Positions 48,843 through 57,854 of a stretch of 64,000 nt of DNA are shown here, in pieces (the stretch's first letter is position 1; each line of letters starts with the position of its first letter). A model generated the notes under the pieces. That model made no database searches and was not told the DNA's origin. It saw only the letters and a program-made list of their open reading frames with translations. Origin of the DNA: a virus; IMG/VR virus record IMGVR_UViG_3300042937_000216, positions 1-64,000 of that record. One strand, 5' to 3'. A program made the position numbers and the translations under genes.

Positions 48843-49242
48843 AAATATTAGTCTTGATGATGTGCGTAAAGGATATCACTACGACCCAGGTTTCAACAGT
48901 ATGCTAATACAGATTGTAGATCCTGGTACAGAATTCCCAACACCTAAGTATGACTTCCACACTGTACGCCAGTTCTACTTCTTAGATGTAGAAGAAAGCG
49001 ATAGCGAAAAGTTTTACTATGCGGCAGCCATTACCAATGAAGATGCTAAAGGTATTGCTAACGCATTAAAAGAAGCATGGGAACAGAGTATGAACGTAGT
49101 GGTACACTGCCACATGGGTGTAGCACGTAGTGGAGCAGTAGCAGAAGTAGGACAAATGATTGGGTTTAGAGATACAGAGAAATTCCGTGTTCCAAACCTA
49201 ATGGTCAAACACAAGCTAATGCACTATTTAGATTTAGTTTAG
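48826..49242 (+). CDS. Cys-based (PTP/dual-specificity-like) phosphatase
   Basis: VVHCHMGVARS = HCx5R loop. Confidence 0.8.
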   Translation: MKPWIENISLDDVRKGYHYDPGFNSMLIQIVDPGTEFPTPKYDFHTVRQFYFLDVEESDSEKFYYAAAITNEDAKGIANALKEAWEQSMNVVVHCHMGVARSGAVAEVGQMIGFRDTEKFRVPNLMVKHKLMHYLDLV

Positions 49243-49245
49243 AAT

Positions 49246-49321
49246 GCCACCTTAGCTCATCTGGTAGAGCACATGTTTGAAGCACATGGTGTGCCTGGTT
49301 CAAGTCCAGGAGGTGGCACCA
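49246..49321 (+). tRNA. tRNA-Phe(GAA)
   Basis: Loop TTGAAGC, CCA. Confidence 0.85.
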
Positions 49322-49334
49322 AGTTTGGAAGAAA

Positions 49335-49495
49335 GCCGGTACATTATGTATTCGAGGTTAGGAGAGACCGGCAAACCGTCCATATAAAGACCAGACCTCA
49401 ATCTCGTTAAGAGACAATTCTGGTTCCGCTGACGCGAAAAGAGGATGGGCTGCGCTCACGGGGTTTGTTAGGTTCCTGACACATGAATACCTAAC
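49335..49495 (+). ncRNA. Candidate structured ncRNA between tRNA-Phe and tRNA-Ser
   Basis: Helices GCCGGT/ACCGGC, CCGTCC/GGATGG, ACCAGA/TCTGGT, GTTAGGT/ACCTAAC. Confidence 0.5.
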
Positions 49496-49503
49496 ACTAA
49501 CAT

Positions 49504-49591
49504 GGAAGTTACTGAGGTCGGCTCCTCACACAGTCTTGAAAACTGTAGTTACCAGGAATGGTAAATCGTTCGATGCGATTAACTTCCGCCA
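49504..49591 (+). tRNA. tRNA-Ser(UGA) with 8/4 acceptor/T-stem fold
   Basis: GGAAGTTA/TAACTTCC, ATCG/CGAT, long variable arm, loop CTTGAAA, G73, CCA. Confidence 0.8.
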
Positions 49592-49596
49592 AATAC

Positions 49597-49625
49597 TTGA
49601 CACTGTCGGCAAACGGTGTTATAAT
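49597..49625 (+). promoter_or_regulatory. Sigma70 promoter for the last tRNA block
   Basis: TTGACA-17-TATAAT with extended TG. Confidence 0.85.
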
Positions 49626-49645
49626 AGTTGTATAGTAAGAAATTA

Positions 49646-49735
49646 GGAGAGTTGGCCGAGTGGTCGAAGGCAGCGGCTTGCTAAGCCGTCCTCCCAGTAA
49701 TGGGAGCATAGGTTCGAATCCTATACTCTCCGCCA
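49646..49735 (+). tRNA. tRNA-Ser(GCU)
   Basis: Loop TTGCTAA, variable arm, CCA. Confidence 0.9.
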
Positions 49736-49745
49736 AGATTAAGTA

Positions 49746-49821
49746 GGGCCGATAACTCACTCGGCGAGAGTACTGTGCTCATAACGCAGAAGGCAGGGAT
49801 CATAACCCTGGCGGCCCACCA
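49746..49821 (+). tRNA. tRNA(CAU), probably Ile2, with atypical T-loop
   Basis: GGGCC start, loop CTCATAA, A73, T-loop ATCATAA. Confidence 0.7.
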
Positions 49822-49822
49822 A

Positions 49823-49907
49823 GCGACTGTGGAGAAACTGGTATACTCATCAGACTTAAAATCTGACGCCGCAGGGCATGGCGGTTCGACCCCGCCCAGT
49901 CGCACCA
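49823..49907 (+). tRNA. tRNA-Leu(UAA)
   Basis: Loop CTTAAAA, variable arm, CCA. Confidence 0.9.
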
Positions 49908-49913
49908 GACACT

Positions 49914-49988
49914 CCGGTGTTAGTTAAATGGATATAACAGGGGATTTCTACTCCCTAGTTGGGGGTTCGATTCCCTCACGCCGGACCA
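49914..49988 (+). tRNA. tRNA-Arg(UCU)
   Basis: Loop TTTCTAC, CCA. Confidence 0.85.
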
Positions 49989-50006
49989 TAACAACAAGGA
50001 AACAGT

Positions 50007-50264
50007 ATGTCAATAATACAAAATTATAATGTAGAAGAACAACTAACCGCCGCAGAAAATCGAGCAATTGAAAAACGTGAAGCAGACGAAATTATCAATA
50101 ATGCTATGAAAGAATTCTTAGCCAGCGGCGGAAAGATACAACAGATTGAGCGGGGAGTTAGCCAGCAAGCAGACGGCGCATCTTATGCAGCCTGGGGAGC
50201 AGCACGCAAAGCAGGTCGCCCAACAACAGATACGACAGCTTCAATAGCAGACCTTAACAAATAA
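50007..50264 (+). CDS. Small hypothetical protein
   Basis: AAGGA RBS; EFLASGGKIQQI motif. Confidence 0.65.
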   Translation: MSIIQNYNVEEQLTAAENRAIEKREADEIINNAMKEFLASGGKIQQIERGVSQQADGASYAAWGAARKAGRPTTDTTASIADLNK

Positions 50265-50282
50265 TATAAAAGGTAATACTAT

Positions 50283-50531
50283 ATGAAATTTACCCTAGCA
50301 GAAATTATTGAATTAGCTAAAGAAGTAGAACTTAGCGATGAAATCGATTGGGACGATTTGCCCTTAGATAAAGATCGCATCTACCAAATCATTGGTAGTC
50401 AAACCTATGAGCTATACCAAGAGTATGCTCTGTCAGAAAACGGTGAAGCTATACTCTTAGCCACCATCACAAAGTTGTTGATCGAAAACTTCGTATTGAA
50501 TTTACGTGTGCGAGGCAACAACGTCTTATAA
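50283..50531 (+). CDS. Small acidic hypothetical protein
   Basis: AAGG RBS, 82-aa ORF. Confidence 0.6.
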   Translation: MKFTLAEIIELAKEVELSDEIDWDDLPLDKDRIYQIIGSQTYELYQEYALSENGEAILLATITKLLIENFVLNLRVRGNNVL

Positions 50532-50541
50532 ATACTCAACA

Positions 50542-51618
50542 ATGATACTGCTTTTCAATGTTAAAATCACCAGTCAAGGTCTGAGTTATTATCACCGTAG
50601 CGAATGGCTACCTGTGTATGATCGCATGGACATCTTTAAATACTGCCTAGCCAGTTATTCAGCACTACTCCCCTTACTAAGTAAATGTTTATTTTACATT
50701 CAAGTTGAACCAGAATTTGCTCACAGACAACAAGAATTACAAGCATGGATCACAGAGTTATTTCCTGCTGACCGTTTAGAACTACATTGGCATCGCATTA
50801 ATCACACTCGTGATTGGCGCACACTGGGCGAACAGTTTGCTGATGATGACCTAATATGGTTTGCTGGTAATGATGATCATATCTTTATAGATCACAACCT
50901 AGATGTAGTGGCCGCTGGCATTCGACTATTAAATGAAGACCCCGACCCACTAAGCGTAATTTACTACAGCCATTGGCCAGAACAGATGCGCCTAAGCATA
51001 CACCATAATGGCGAACTTACACCAGATGGTAATTACATTAAGCACGTTTGGCGCACGTTTGATGCTATACGAATTTTAAAAGGTCAACGCTTTAAACAGT
51101 ATTGGCAGGATAATGAGTACGGCGACGAGATTGTATTCCGCACAGATACCCTATGGCACAAGGGCTATGAGTTAACAGGCCCTGTCTACAGCCCAACACG
51201 TGAGCTAGTTCGTCACTACGATGGCTACAGTCATGTTAGTCCACATATTATCAACCTAGCACCTCCTATTGTTATTCCTCCGGGCTTCTTTACTCGAGAC
51301 ATGCGAGTGCGTATTGGCTACGAGGATAGAGACAACAGTGCTACTAATCTTTATGCCGCGGCACAATTCCTATATGCGGCACAGCCACAGGGTACTGACT
51401 ATCGTTGGACCATCGAAGACATTCCGTTATTTTGGAAGAAATACATAGCTGATGTTGATGTTAATCTAGATCAACATATCTACAGTCTACAACAAGCACG
51501 TGATGCGGCCTACTTGGCCAGTACACGTATTCCAATGACCTGTTACAGCACAACCTTTGATCATACAGGTGCCGCACCTGACAGTTGGTTTAATAATCAT
51601 TTGAGAACACGTGGATAA
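50542..51618 (+). CDS. Hypothetical protein, possibly glycosyltransferase-like
   Basis: TATAAATA 7 nt before ATG 50542; NDDH motif; heads the sugar-enzyme operon. Confidence 0.55.
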   Translation: MILLFNVKITSQGLSYYHRSEWLPVYDRMDIFKYCLASYSALLPLLSKCLFYIQVEPEFAHRQQELQAWITELFPADRLELHWHRINHTRDWRTLGEQFADDDLIWFAGNDDHIFIDHNLDVVAAGIRLLNEDPDPLSVIYYSHWPEQMRLSIHHNGELTPDGNYIKHVWRTFDAIRILKGQRFKQYWQDNEYGDEIVFRTDTLWHKGYELTGPVYSPTRELVRHYDGYSHVSPHIINLAPPIVIPPGFFTRDMRVRIGYEDRDNSATNLYAAAQFLYAAQPQGTDYRWTIEDIPLFWKKYIADVDVNLDQHIYSLQQARDAAYLASTRIPMTCYSTTFDHTGAAPDSWFNNHLRTRG

Positions 51619-52354
51619 TCTAGTACAGACATTTCGAGGGTTCAGCGGCAACCAAATATATCTAATGGATGACGGTAGTAAGTTGTTTGTTAGAAAAGTT
51701 GGCACGATTGGTCGTAATGTAGAACGTATGCTAGCACTAGTTAATAACTATCCTGTACCTAAAATATACAGGTACAGCGATATTACTCTAGACATGGAAT
51801 ATATACACGGTCTAGATATTAAAACGTATCTTAAGTCGCATCAACCAAATCGTTTATTACAATTTTTATTTGGCGTCTTAGATAAACTATCAGCTAATGC
51901 TGTAGATAAAGACTACACAGAAATTTACAAGGCTAAACTACAAGAAATTGATTTTAGTCTACTGCCGTTTACTGCGCAGGAACTCTTAGATAAACTGCCC
52001 AAACATTTGCCGCAAAGCGAATACATAGGTGATCTAACATTAGAAAACATTATCTACACAGAAGATGGATTCTATTTAATTGACTGCGCTACCATTGACT
52101 ACGATAGTTACATATTTGATATTGCTAAACTACGTCAAGACTTAAACCTACAGTGGTTTACTCGCAACAGTGACGTGGTATTAGATGTTAAGACTAACTA
52201 CATCAGTCAACAGCTTAAACAACGCTATCCACAGGCATTAGTGGATAACGATTACTTGTTAATTTTAATGCTACTACGTGTTTATCGACATGCCCCTCGA
52301 GGCACGTACGAACACGTATTTTTACTTGAAGGAATTAGACGATTATGGAAATAA
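51611..52354 (+). CDS. APH/choline-kinase-like phosphotransferase
   Basis: RGFSG, VRK, IGDLTLENII, YLID. Confidence 0.75.
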   Translation: MDNLVQTFRGFSGNQIYLMDDGSKLFVRKVGTIGRNVERMLALVNNYPVPKIYRYSDITLDMEYIHGLDIKTYLKSHQPNRLLQFLFGVLDKLSANAVDKDYTEIYKAKLQEIDFSLLPFTAQELLDKLPKHLPQSEYIGDLTLENIIYTEDGFYLIDCATIDYDSYIFDIAKLRQDLNLQWFTRNSDVVLDVKTNYISQQLKQRYPQALVDNDYLLILMLLRVYRHAPRGTYEHVFLLEGIRRLWK

Positions 52355-53370
52355 TTGTACCCGCCGCAGGATTAAGCACACGCTTTCCGGGCATGCGACC
52401 AAAGTATACCTTAGCCGACTTTACAGGCAAGATGATGTTTGAACGTAGTATTGCTCCGTATTTAGGCAGGCATCATATTACTCTAGGAATCATCGCAGAG
52501 AATGAAGCAAGATACGCTATTGCTGATTACGTTACTGAACACTACCCAGATGATATTACATTAATCGTCTTACCTGAACGTACCTCAGGACCAGCCAACA
52601 CAGTATATCAAATACTCAAAGCTATGGACTTTGCTCCCAGTACAGAATTCTTAATCAAAGACTGCGACAGTTTCTTTGAGCACGAATATCAAGAGGGAAA
52701 CTATGTATGTGTGAGCAGTATCAAAGATCATGAAGTACTTAAGAAGTTGGGCAGTAAAAGTTTTATTGTCAGCAATGATCAAGGCATTATTACCAGCATC
52801 ATCGAAAAGCAGGTAGTCAGCGATAAGTTCTGTGTAGGCGGATACAAGTTTGCCAGTGTTGGTATGTACCTAGATGCCTATGAAAAACTTAATGCGGCCA
52901 ACGTAAAAGAAATATTTGTCAGTCATGTTATTGAACAGTGCTTAAATGATCGTCATATCTTTAAAGAAGCCTTGGTCACTGACTACACCGACGTAGGCAC
53001 AGCAGATGATTGGTTTGAATACAATGATCGTGCTGTGGTGTTTTGTGACATTGATGGAACTATTATTCAAGCACAGAACTATAGAAAACATAATGTGCCC
53101 ACAGTGCCTTTGGCTAACAATATTGCCAGAGTTAAACAGCTAGTAGCCAACGGTGGACAGTTGATCTTTACTACAGCACGTCCCGAAAGCCGGCGTGAAG
53201 AAGATATCGCCATGCTAACAGAATTAGGGTTCAATGACTTCCAATTAGTATCAGGATTAAAGAATACCAAACGTATTCTAATCAACGACTACAATGAAGC
53301 TAATCCTTATCCACGAGCTATTGCGGTAAATATCAAACGCGACACGGATAATTTAACAGATTATATATGA
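52345..53370 (+). CDS. Sugar nucleotidyltransferase fused to a HAD phosphatase
   Basis: PAAGLSTRF...PK N-terminus; CDIDGT, TTAR, INDY HAD motifs. Confidence 0.8.
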   Translation: MEIIVPAAGLSTRFPGMRPKYTLADFTGKMMFERSIAPYLGRHHITLGIIAENEARYAIADYVTEHYPDDITLIVLPERTSGPANTVYQILKAMDFAPSTEFLIKDCDSFFEHEYQEGNYVCVSSIKDHEVLKKLGSKSFIVSNDQGIITSIIEKQVVSDKFCVGGYKFASVGMYLDAYEKLNAANVKEIFVSHVIEQCLNDRHIFKEALVTDYTDVGTADDWFEYNDRAVVFCDIDGTIIQAQNYRKHNVPTVPLANNIARVKQLVANGGQLIFTTARPESRREEDIAMLTELGFNDFQLVSGLKNTKRILINDYNEANPYPRAIAVNIKRDTDNLTDYI

Positions 53371-54110
53371 GGCTAGTGCTTTTTAGTTATACAAAACATT
53401 ATCATATTATGCAGTTAGCGTATAGACATGCTCTAACTGCCTTTGATAATATCACTGATGTAACAGTTATATGGGATGACCTGTATGACCGTAGCTGTCC
53501 AGCAATGCCATTTAAGGCCGATGTTATTACACATTCGTCGTTGGACTTTTTATCTACAGAACAGCATGGCTGGCTACGTCAACAATATGTAAAATTAAAT
53601 TTACACAAGCTGTTCAACGAAGACAGCTGGATAGTATTAGACGCTGACGTGATACTAAAAACTAAAAAATCCTTTGACTGTAAAGAAATATATACAGACA
53701 GCGAAGATCATTATGAGCCGTATTTTAAATTTATTAAATATGCTTTTAACTTAGATAAAAATGATAGTCCTAGTTATATGACGCATTTTGCTCAAATTGA
53801 GCGCAGAGTATTAGTTAGTATAGAAGAGTTTATTTTAAATAAACACGGTAAAGATTTAATTTCAGTTTATAAAGAATATCCGGATATATCTCCGCCAGCT
53901 TGCCCTGGGTTTAGCGAGTTTGAGATATACGGATTATTTGTAGAACGGATACTACAAGAAAAAATAGCATTACCAGAATACCAAATTGAAAATTATTTGG
54001 CTGATAATTTTATTAAACATTACCACGACAACTATGATTTATTGTTGGAAGGTGATGATGCTGGTGTCCCTGTAGAATTTTGGCAAGCAGAGAAAATTAA
54101 ATTTCAATAG
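53367..54110 (+). CDS. GT-A glycosyltransferase-like protein
   Basis: GWLRQQYVKL, LDAD, FSEFEIYG. Confidence 0.6.
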   Translation: MRLVLFSYTKHYHIMQLAYRHALTAFDNITDVTVIWDDLYDRSCPAMPFKADVITHSSLDFLSTEQHGWLRQQYVKLNLHKLFNEDSWIVLDADVILKTKKSFDCKEIYTDSEDHYEPYFKFIKYAFNLDKNDSPSYMTHFAQIERRVLVSIEEFILNKHGKDLISVYKEYPDISPPACPGFSEFEIYGLFVERILQEKIALPEYQIENYLADNFIKHYHDNYDLLLEGDDAGVPVEFWQAEKIKFQ

Positions 54111-54115
54111 ATCAA

Positions 54116-54144
54116 TTGACATAGGTAATGTAATAATGTATACT
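54116..54144 (+). promoter_or_regulatory. Sigma70 promoter
   Basis: TTGACA-17-TATACT. Confidence 0.7.
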
Positions 54145-54163
54145 ATATTTTTAAGGAGATATC

Positions 54164-54367
54164 ATGGCAACTAACGCAAGCTTCAATCTTTCAAAACCAG
54201 TTAAACGTATCGCGGCAACCATTTTAGACAAAGAAGTACGTAGATTATTTCTTAATGCTATGATTGATGCCGAGTACACTAAACTAAATGGCAAAGGTCG
54301 TAAATGGTCTGACCCAGCAACAGCACAAAGAGCTCCTAGGGGCAACGCAACACCTGCTACTGAATAA
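54164..54367 (+). CDS. Small hypothetical protein
   Basis: TAAGGAG RBS. Confidence 0.7.
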   Translation: MATNASFNLSKPVKRIAATILDKEVRRLFLNAMIDAEYTKLNGKGRKWSDPATAQRAPRGNATPATE

Positions 54368-55062
54368 TGACCACAGACGCAATCAAACAATTTTACAGTC
54401 GCATTAACTTTCCAGGCAAGTACTCTTGGGAAGATCTCAAGTTCTACGAAGAACAAGGGATCCACAACATCTATTTAAAAGAGATAGATGCTATTATGGT
54501 TGATGGCTACGATGTATTAGATGTTGGTTGCGGCACAGGCCTAGTAAGTAATCTATTTGCCATACACTATCCTAACAGTCAACTTACCGCAGTTGACTTT
54601 AGTGATAGTATTGACTATGCTCAGGAGTTTGCTAAAACAAATGGCATAGCCAATGTTAAATGGATTAAAAAAGATTTCTTAGAGTTTCGTACTGTTAAGA
54701 AATATGATTTAATTATCTGTTGTGGAGTTCTCCATCACATCCCTGAGTACCAACAAGCACTAGCTAAACTAAAGGGTCTATTAAAACCTGGCGGTAAACT
54801 AGTTCTTGCTGTGTACAATAAGTATGGCAAGATACTTAAAAAGTTCTTTGAGATCAAATATAACTCGCACACGCTATATCACGATCAAGAAAATAATCCG
54901 TTTGAAATGAGCTTTACCAACAGACAGGTCTTAAAGATGTGTAATGATTTAAAATTTGAATCAGTAACACCTAGTTTTAAGAATAAGTTTGTAGACACCC
55001 TAGCTTGGTTTAACAGCGAGAACGGTGGACTGGCTCTTTATGTCTTTACCAATCCTACGTAA
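54367..55062 (+). CDS. Class I SAM-dependent methyltransferase
   Basis: VLDVGCGTG, GVLHH, LKPGG. Confidence 0.9.
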   Translation: MTTDAIKQFYSRINFPGKYSWEDLKFYEEQGIHNIYLKEIDAIMVDGYDVLDVGCGTGLVSNLFAIHYPNSQLTAVDFSDSIDYAQEFAKTNGIANVKWIKKDFLEFRTVKKYDLIICCGVLHHIPEYQQALAKLKGLLKPGGKLVLAVYNKYGKILKKFFEIKYNSHTLYHDQENNPFEMSFTNRQVLKMCNDLKFESVTPSFKNKFVDTLAWFNSENGGLALYVFTNPT

Positions 55063-56953
55063 AAAAACAATTGTAGTCTGTAACTTTCCTAGATTCAGCG
55101 GTGAAATCTGGTTACCATACCTATGGGCCAGTGCCAAGACCTACTATGAACAATACGGTGAACGTAGTGATGAATGGACATGGTATCCTTGCTATGCTGA
55201 CATCTATAGTTCAGACAACATAGATAAAATCAAACAACTATTAACTGATGCTAAACCTGATGTGTTTGCTATTAGTCTGTATGTTTGGAACTATAACCTA
55301 GCCTACGAAATAGCCGCATGGGTCAAACAGACCTTTCCTAAATGTGTGATCATCAGTGGTGGTCCTCATCAATACTTTAAACACGATAGCAATTGGTTTA
55401 AAGAACATCCGTACTTAGATGCTAGTCTGCCAGGTGAGTGCTACGGCGAGCTGTGCTTTAACGAACTGCTGGACAATTACAGCGATGGCCAAATCAATTG
55501 GGATATGGTTACAGATGTACGCTACCCAAGCAAGGGCAGAAACATTAAAATTAGTAAGCAGACTATGGCGCATCGTGATAAGAAACAGTTTCAGTATGAT
55601 TGGAGTGCTCTACACAGCCAGTACACTGAACTTACTGCGTTTATTGAATTCCAACGCCATCACTTTCCTAGATCGTTGTTGCTGTGCGTAATTGAAACTA
55701 CTCGTGGATGCCCCTACGGTTGTACCTACTGTGATTGGGGTGGCGGTACTGCTACAACTGTTATTAAGAAAAGCATTGACAACGTTAAGTTAGACATTGA
55801 TGCTGTAAGTCAATTTGATCTTACATTCTTATACTTTGCTGATGCTAACTTTGGCATCTTTGGTCAACGTGACATTGACATTATCACTTACCTAATCAAA
55901 CGTAAAAAAGAAACAGGGCAACTGTTTAAGATTGGCTATGGTGGCTTTGCTAAAACAGAAAACAAGCTAGACGTTATTAGAGATATACTGCGTATTGACT
56001 TTGACAATTCACTAAGTCTAACCAAAGAACTTAAACTAAGCCTACAGACACTCGACGATGAGATACTAGAAAACATTGATCGTCAAAACATTAGCCTAGA
56101 AAAACAACTGGCTGTGTTTCAACCACTGGCACGTGATAAACAAATGCCTGTGTATGTTGAAATGATCATGGGCCTACCTGGTATTAGTTTAGAAAAATAC
56201 TATTACGAACTAGATGTATTGGGCAGTTATAATCTAAGTGTACAGTGGTTTGAATGGATCCTACTACCAGAAACACCTGCTTATGCCTATGCCTATAGAG
56301 CCAAGTATGGTATTGAAACCATAGCTAAAAACAAAGGTTGGGCAGTAGTAGAAGAAGATTCTGATAGAGAAGTTGTTGTAGGTGGACATACGTTTACCAA
56401 AGATGACTATCTACAAATGATATTAAGTAATAGCCTGTATCATTTGTTTGTACAGGGAGGCTTTTATAGAAATACCCTAGACTTCATACAAATATCTATG
56501 CCCGCAGATCACGGCATGATCATACGCGACATCTATGAACAGTTTTTTTTAAAGTCTAGATACAAAGATAAGGTACTGGCACGTTGGCAGGAAATTATTA
56601 ATAACCCTGATGTTCCCTGTACATTTGAAGTAGCTGGTGAACAGGTCTATGGCGGTTGGTACTTTGTTGCCCTAGCGTTCTCAGACGAAACGTTTGTAAC
56701 GTATATGATAGGATACCTACAGCAAAAATATATGATCCCATCTAGTATTATCAAACAAGACCGTGACATAACCATTAACTCATTTAACTTTGGATGTGCT
56801 AAGTGGCAGGGCCTAACTAGAATAAGCTATAAGAAAGCAGGTGGATTCCAAAATAACAGCGTACATTCGATGATTGGCCTGTTTATTAATCATATAGATA
56901 CAAATACAGTGTTCCACGGTAAGAAAAAGCTCTTAGGACTAATAGGCAGATAA
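55040..56953 (+). CDS. Cobalamin-binding-type radical SAM protein
   Basis: SLYVWN, ISGGP, ETTRGCPYGCTYCDWG, DANFG. Confidence 0.85.
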   Translation: MSLPILRKKTIVVCNFPRFSGEIWLPYLWASAKTYYEQYGERSDEWTWYPCYADIYSSDNIDKIKQLLTDAKPDVFAISLYVWNYNLAYEIAAWVKQTFPKCVIISGGPHQYFKHDSNWFKEHPYLDASLPGECYGELCFNELLDNYSDGQINWDMVTDVRYPSKGRNIKISKQTMAHRDKKQFQYDWSALHSQYTELTAFIEFQRHHFPRSLLLCVIETTRGCPYGCTYCDWGGGTATTVIKKSIDNVKLDIDAVSQFDLTFLYFADANFGIFGQRDIDIITYLIKRKKETGQLFKIGYGGFAKTENKLDVIRDILRIDFDNSLSLTKELKLSLQTLDDEILENIDRQNISLEKQLAVFQPLARDKQMPVYVEMIMGLPGISLEKYYYELDVLGSYNLSVQWFEWILLPETPAYAYAYRAKYGIETIAKNKGWAVVEEDSDREVVVGGHTFTKDDYLQMILSNSLYHLFVQGGFYRNTLDFIQISMPADHGMIIRDIYEQFFLKSRYKDKVLARWQEIINNPDVPCTFEVAGEQVYGGWYFVALAFSDETFVTYMIGYLQQKYMIPSSIIKQDRDITINSFNFGCAKWQGLTRISYKKAGGFQNNSVHSMIGLFINHIDTNTVFHGKKKLLGLIGR

Positions 56954-56963
56954 GTATTTTAAT

Positions 56964-57833
56964 ATGTTTACTATCACACCTAAATCATTAACAACAGCAT
57001 TGCTAGTCACATTTGTGTGGATAGTGGGCGGCTACGAACTGTACGATACCATCACACACTTTAGTGAGCAATGGTATTGGTATCCGTTGGCGTTAATCTA
57101 CACGGTGGCCTTAAATGATTGCTTTGTTCATATGTGCTGTGGACATGCTCTGTATGAAATAGATACTACCAGAATTGGTTATAAGATTACTTCTTTCTTG
57201 GCCACTGTAGAAAATGGCTGGGGACCAATAACAACCCTATGCCTAATACATAAAAATCATCATATGTATAGCGACCAAGGAAACAAAGACTGCTCTAATT
57301 GGCGTAATCATTGGTACAATATGAGTTTACTGAGTCCTATTAACTATATCTATCAAGAAAAAACAGAATATCCAGATGCAGATAACTTCTTTAAGAAACA
57401 ACGCGAAGTACATAAAAATATTTTAGATGATCTTTGGACTTTCTTTATTGAAGAATATTCAAATTGGCTGACTGTACTTTATTGGATCGTTTTATATTTT
57501 GTCTGTCCAATATTCTTATTTAAAATAGTGTTTATGGGTAGATTCTTAATGAGTTTAATATCTCCGTTTGCTAGTATCACTGGCCATGTTTGGTTGCCGA
57601 CAAACTATAGAAACTTTAATACTCCGGATACATCGTATAATAATATTATTTTTTATTACCTAACATTAGGTATATATCCAACAGCTATACAAAATAATCA
57701 TCATGGCATGAGATATAGTTTAAAAACTGGACATAAAGTTCGTTGGTTTGAATTTGATTTAAGCGTGTACATAGTTAAATTTTTAAAATATTTTACAGAG
57801 AAAAGAGGAGCAAAGATTGATAATGGATTTTAA
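56964..57833 (+). CDS. Membrane fatty-acid desaturase family protein
   Basis: His boxes HMCCGH, HKNHH, QNNHH; hydrophobic segments; WFEFD. Confidence 0.8.
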   Translation: MFTITPKSLTTALLVTFVWIVGGYELYDTITHFSEQWYWYPLALIYTVALNDCFVHMCCGHALYEIDTTRIGYKITSFLATVENGWGPITTLCLIHKNHHMYSDQGNKDCSNWRNHWYNMSLLSPINYIYQEKTEYPDADNFFKKQREVHKNILDDLWTFFIEEYSNWLTVLYWIVLYFVCPIFLFKIVFMGRFLMSLISPFASITGHVWLPTNYRNFNTPDTSYNNIIFYYLTLGIYPTAIQNNHHGMRYSLKTGHKVRWFEFDLSVYIVKFLKYFTEKRGAKIDNGF

Positions 57834-57854
57834 AATTGCGGATATTCAAACATA

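Noticed and set aside
45036-49500. tmRNA, RNase P RNA, SAH or c-di-GMP riboswitch, or hammerhead identity for the spacer RNAs
   Set aside because: No tag-peptide/tRNA-Ala ends, no GAGGAAAGUCC, no complete CUGANGA/GAAA core; only fragmentary resemblances.
45595-49905. Minus-strand ORFs over the tRNA array (45595-45843, 47569-47802, 49509-49905)
   Set aside because: Antisense to clear tRNA genes.
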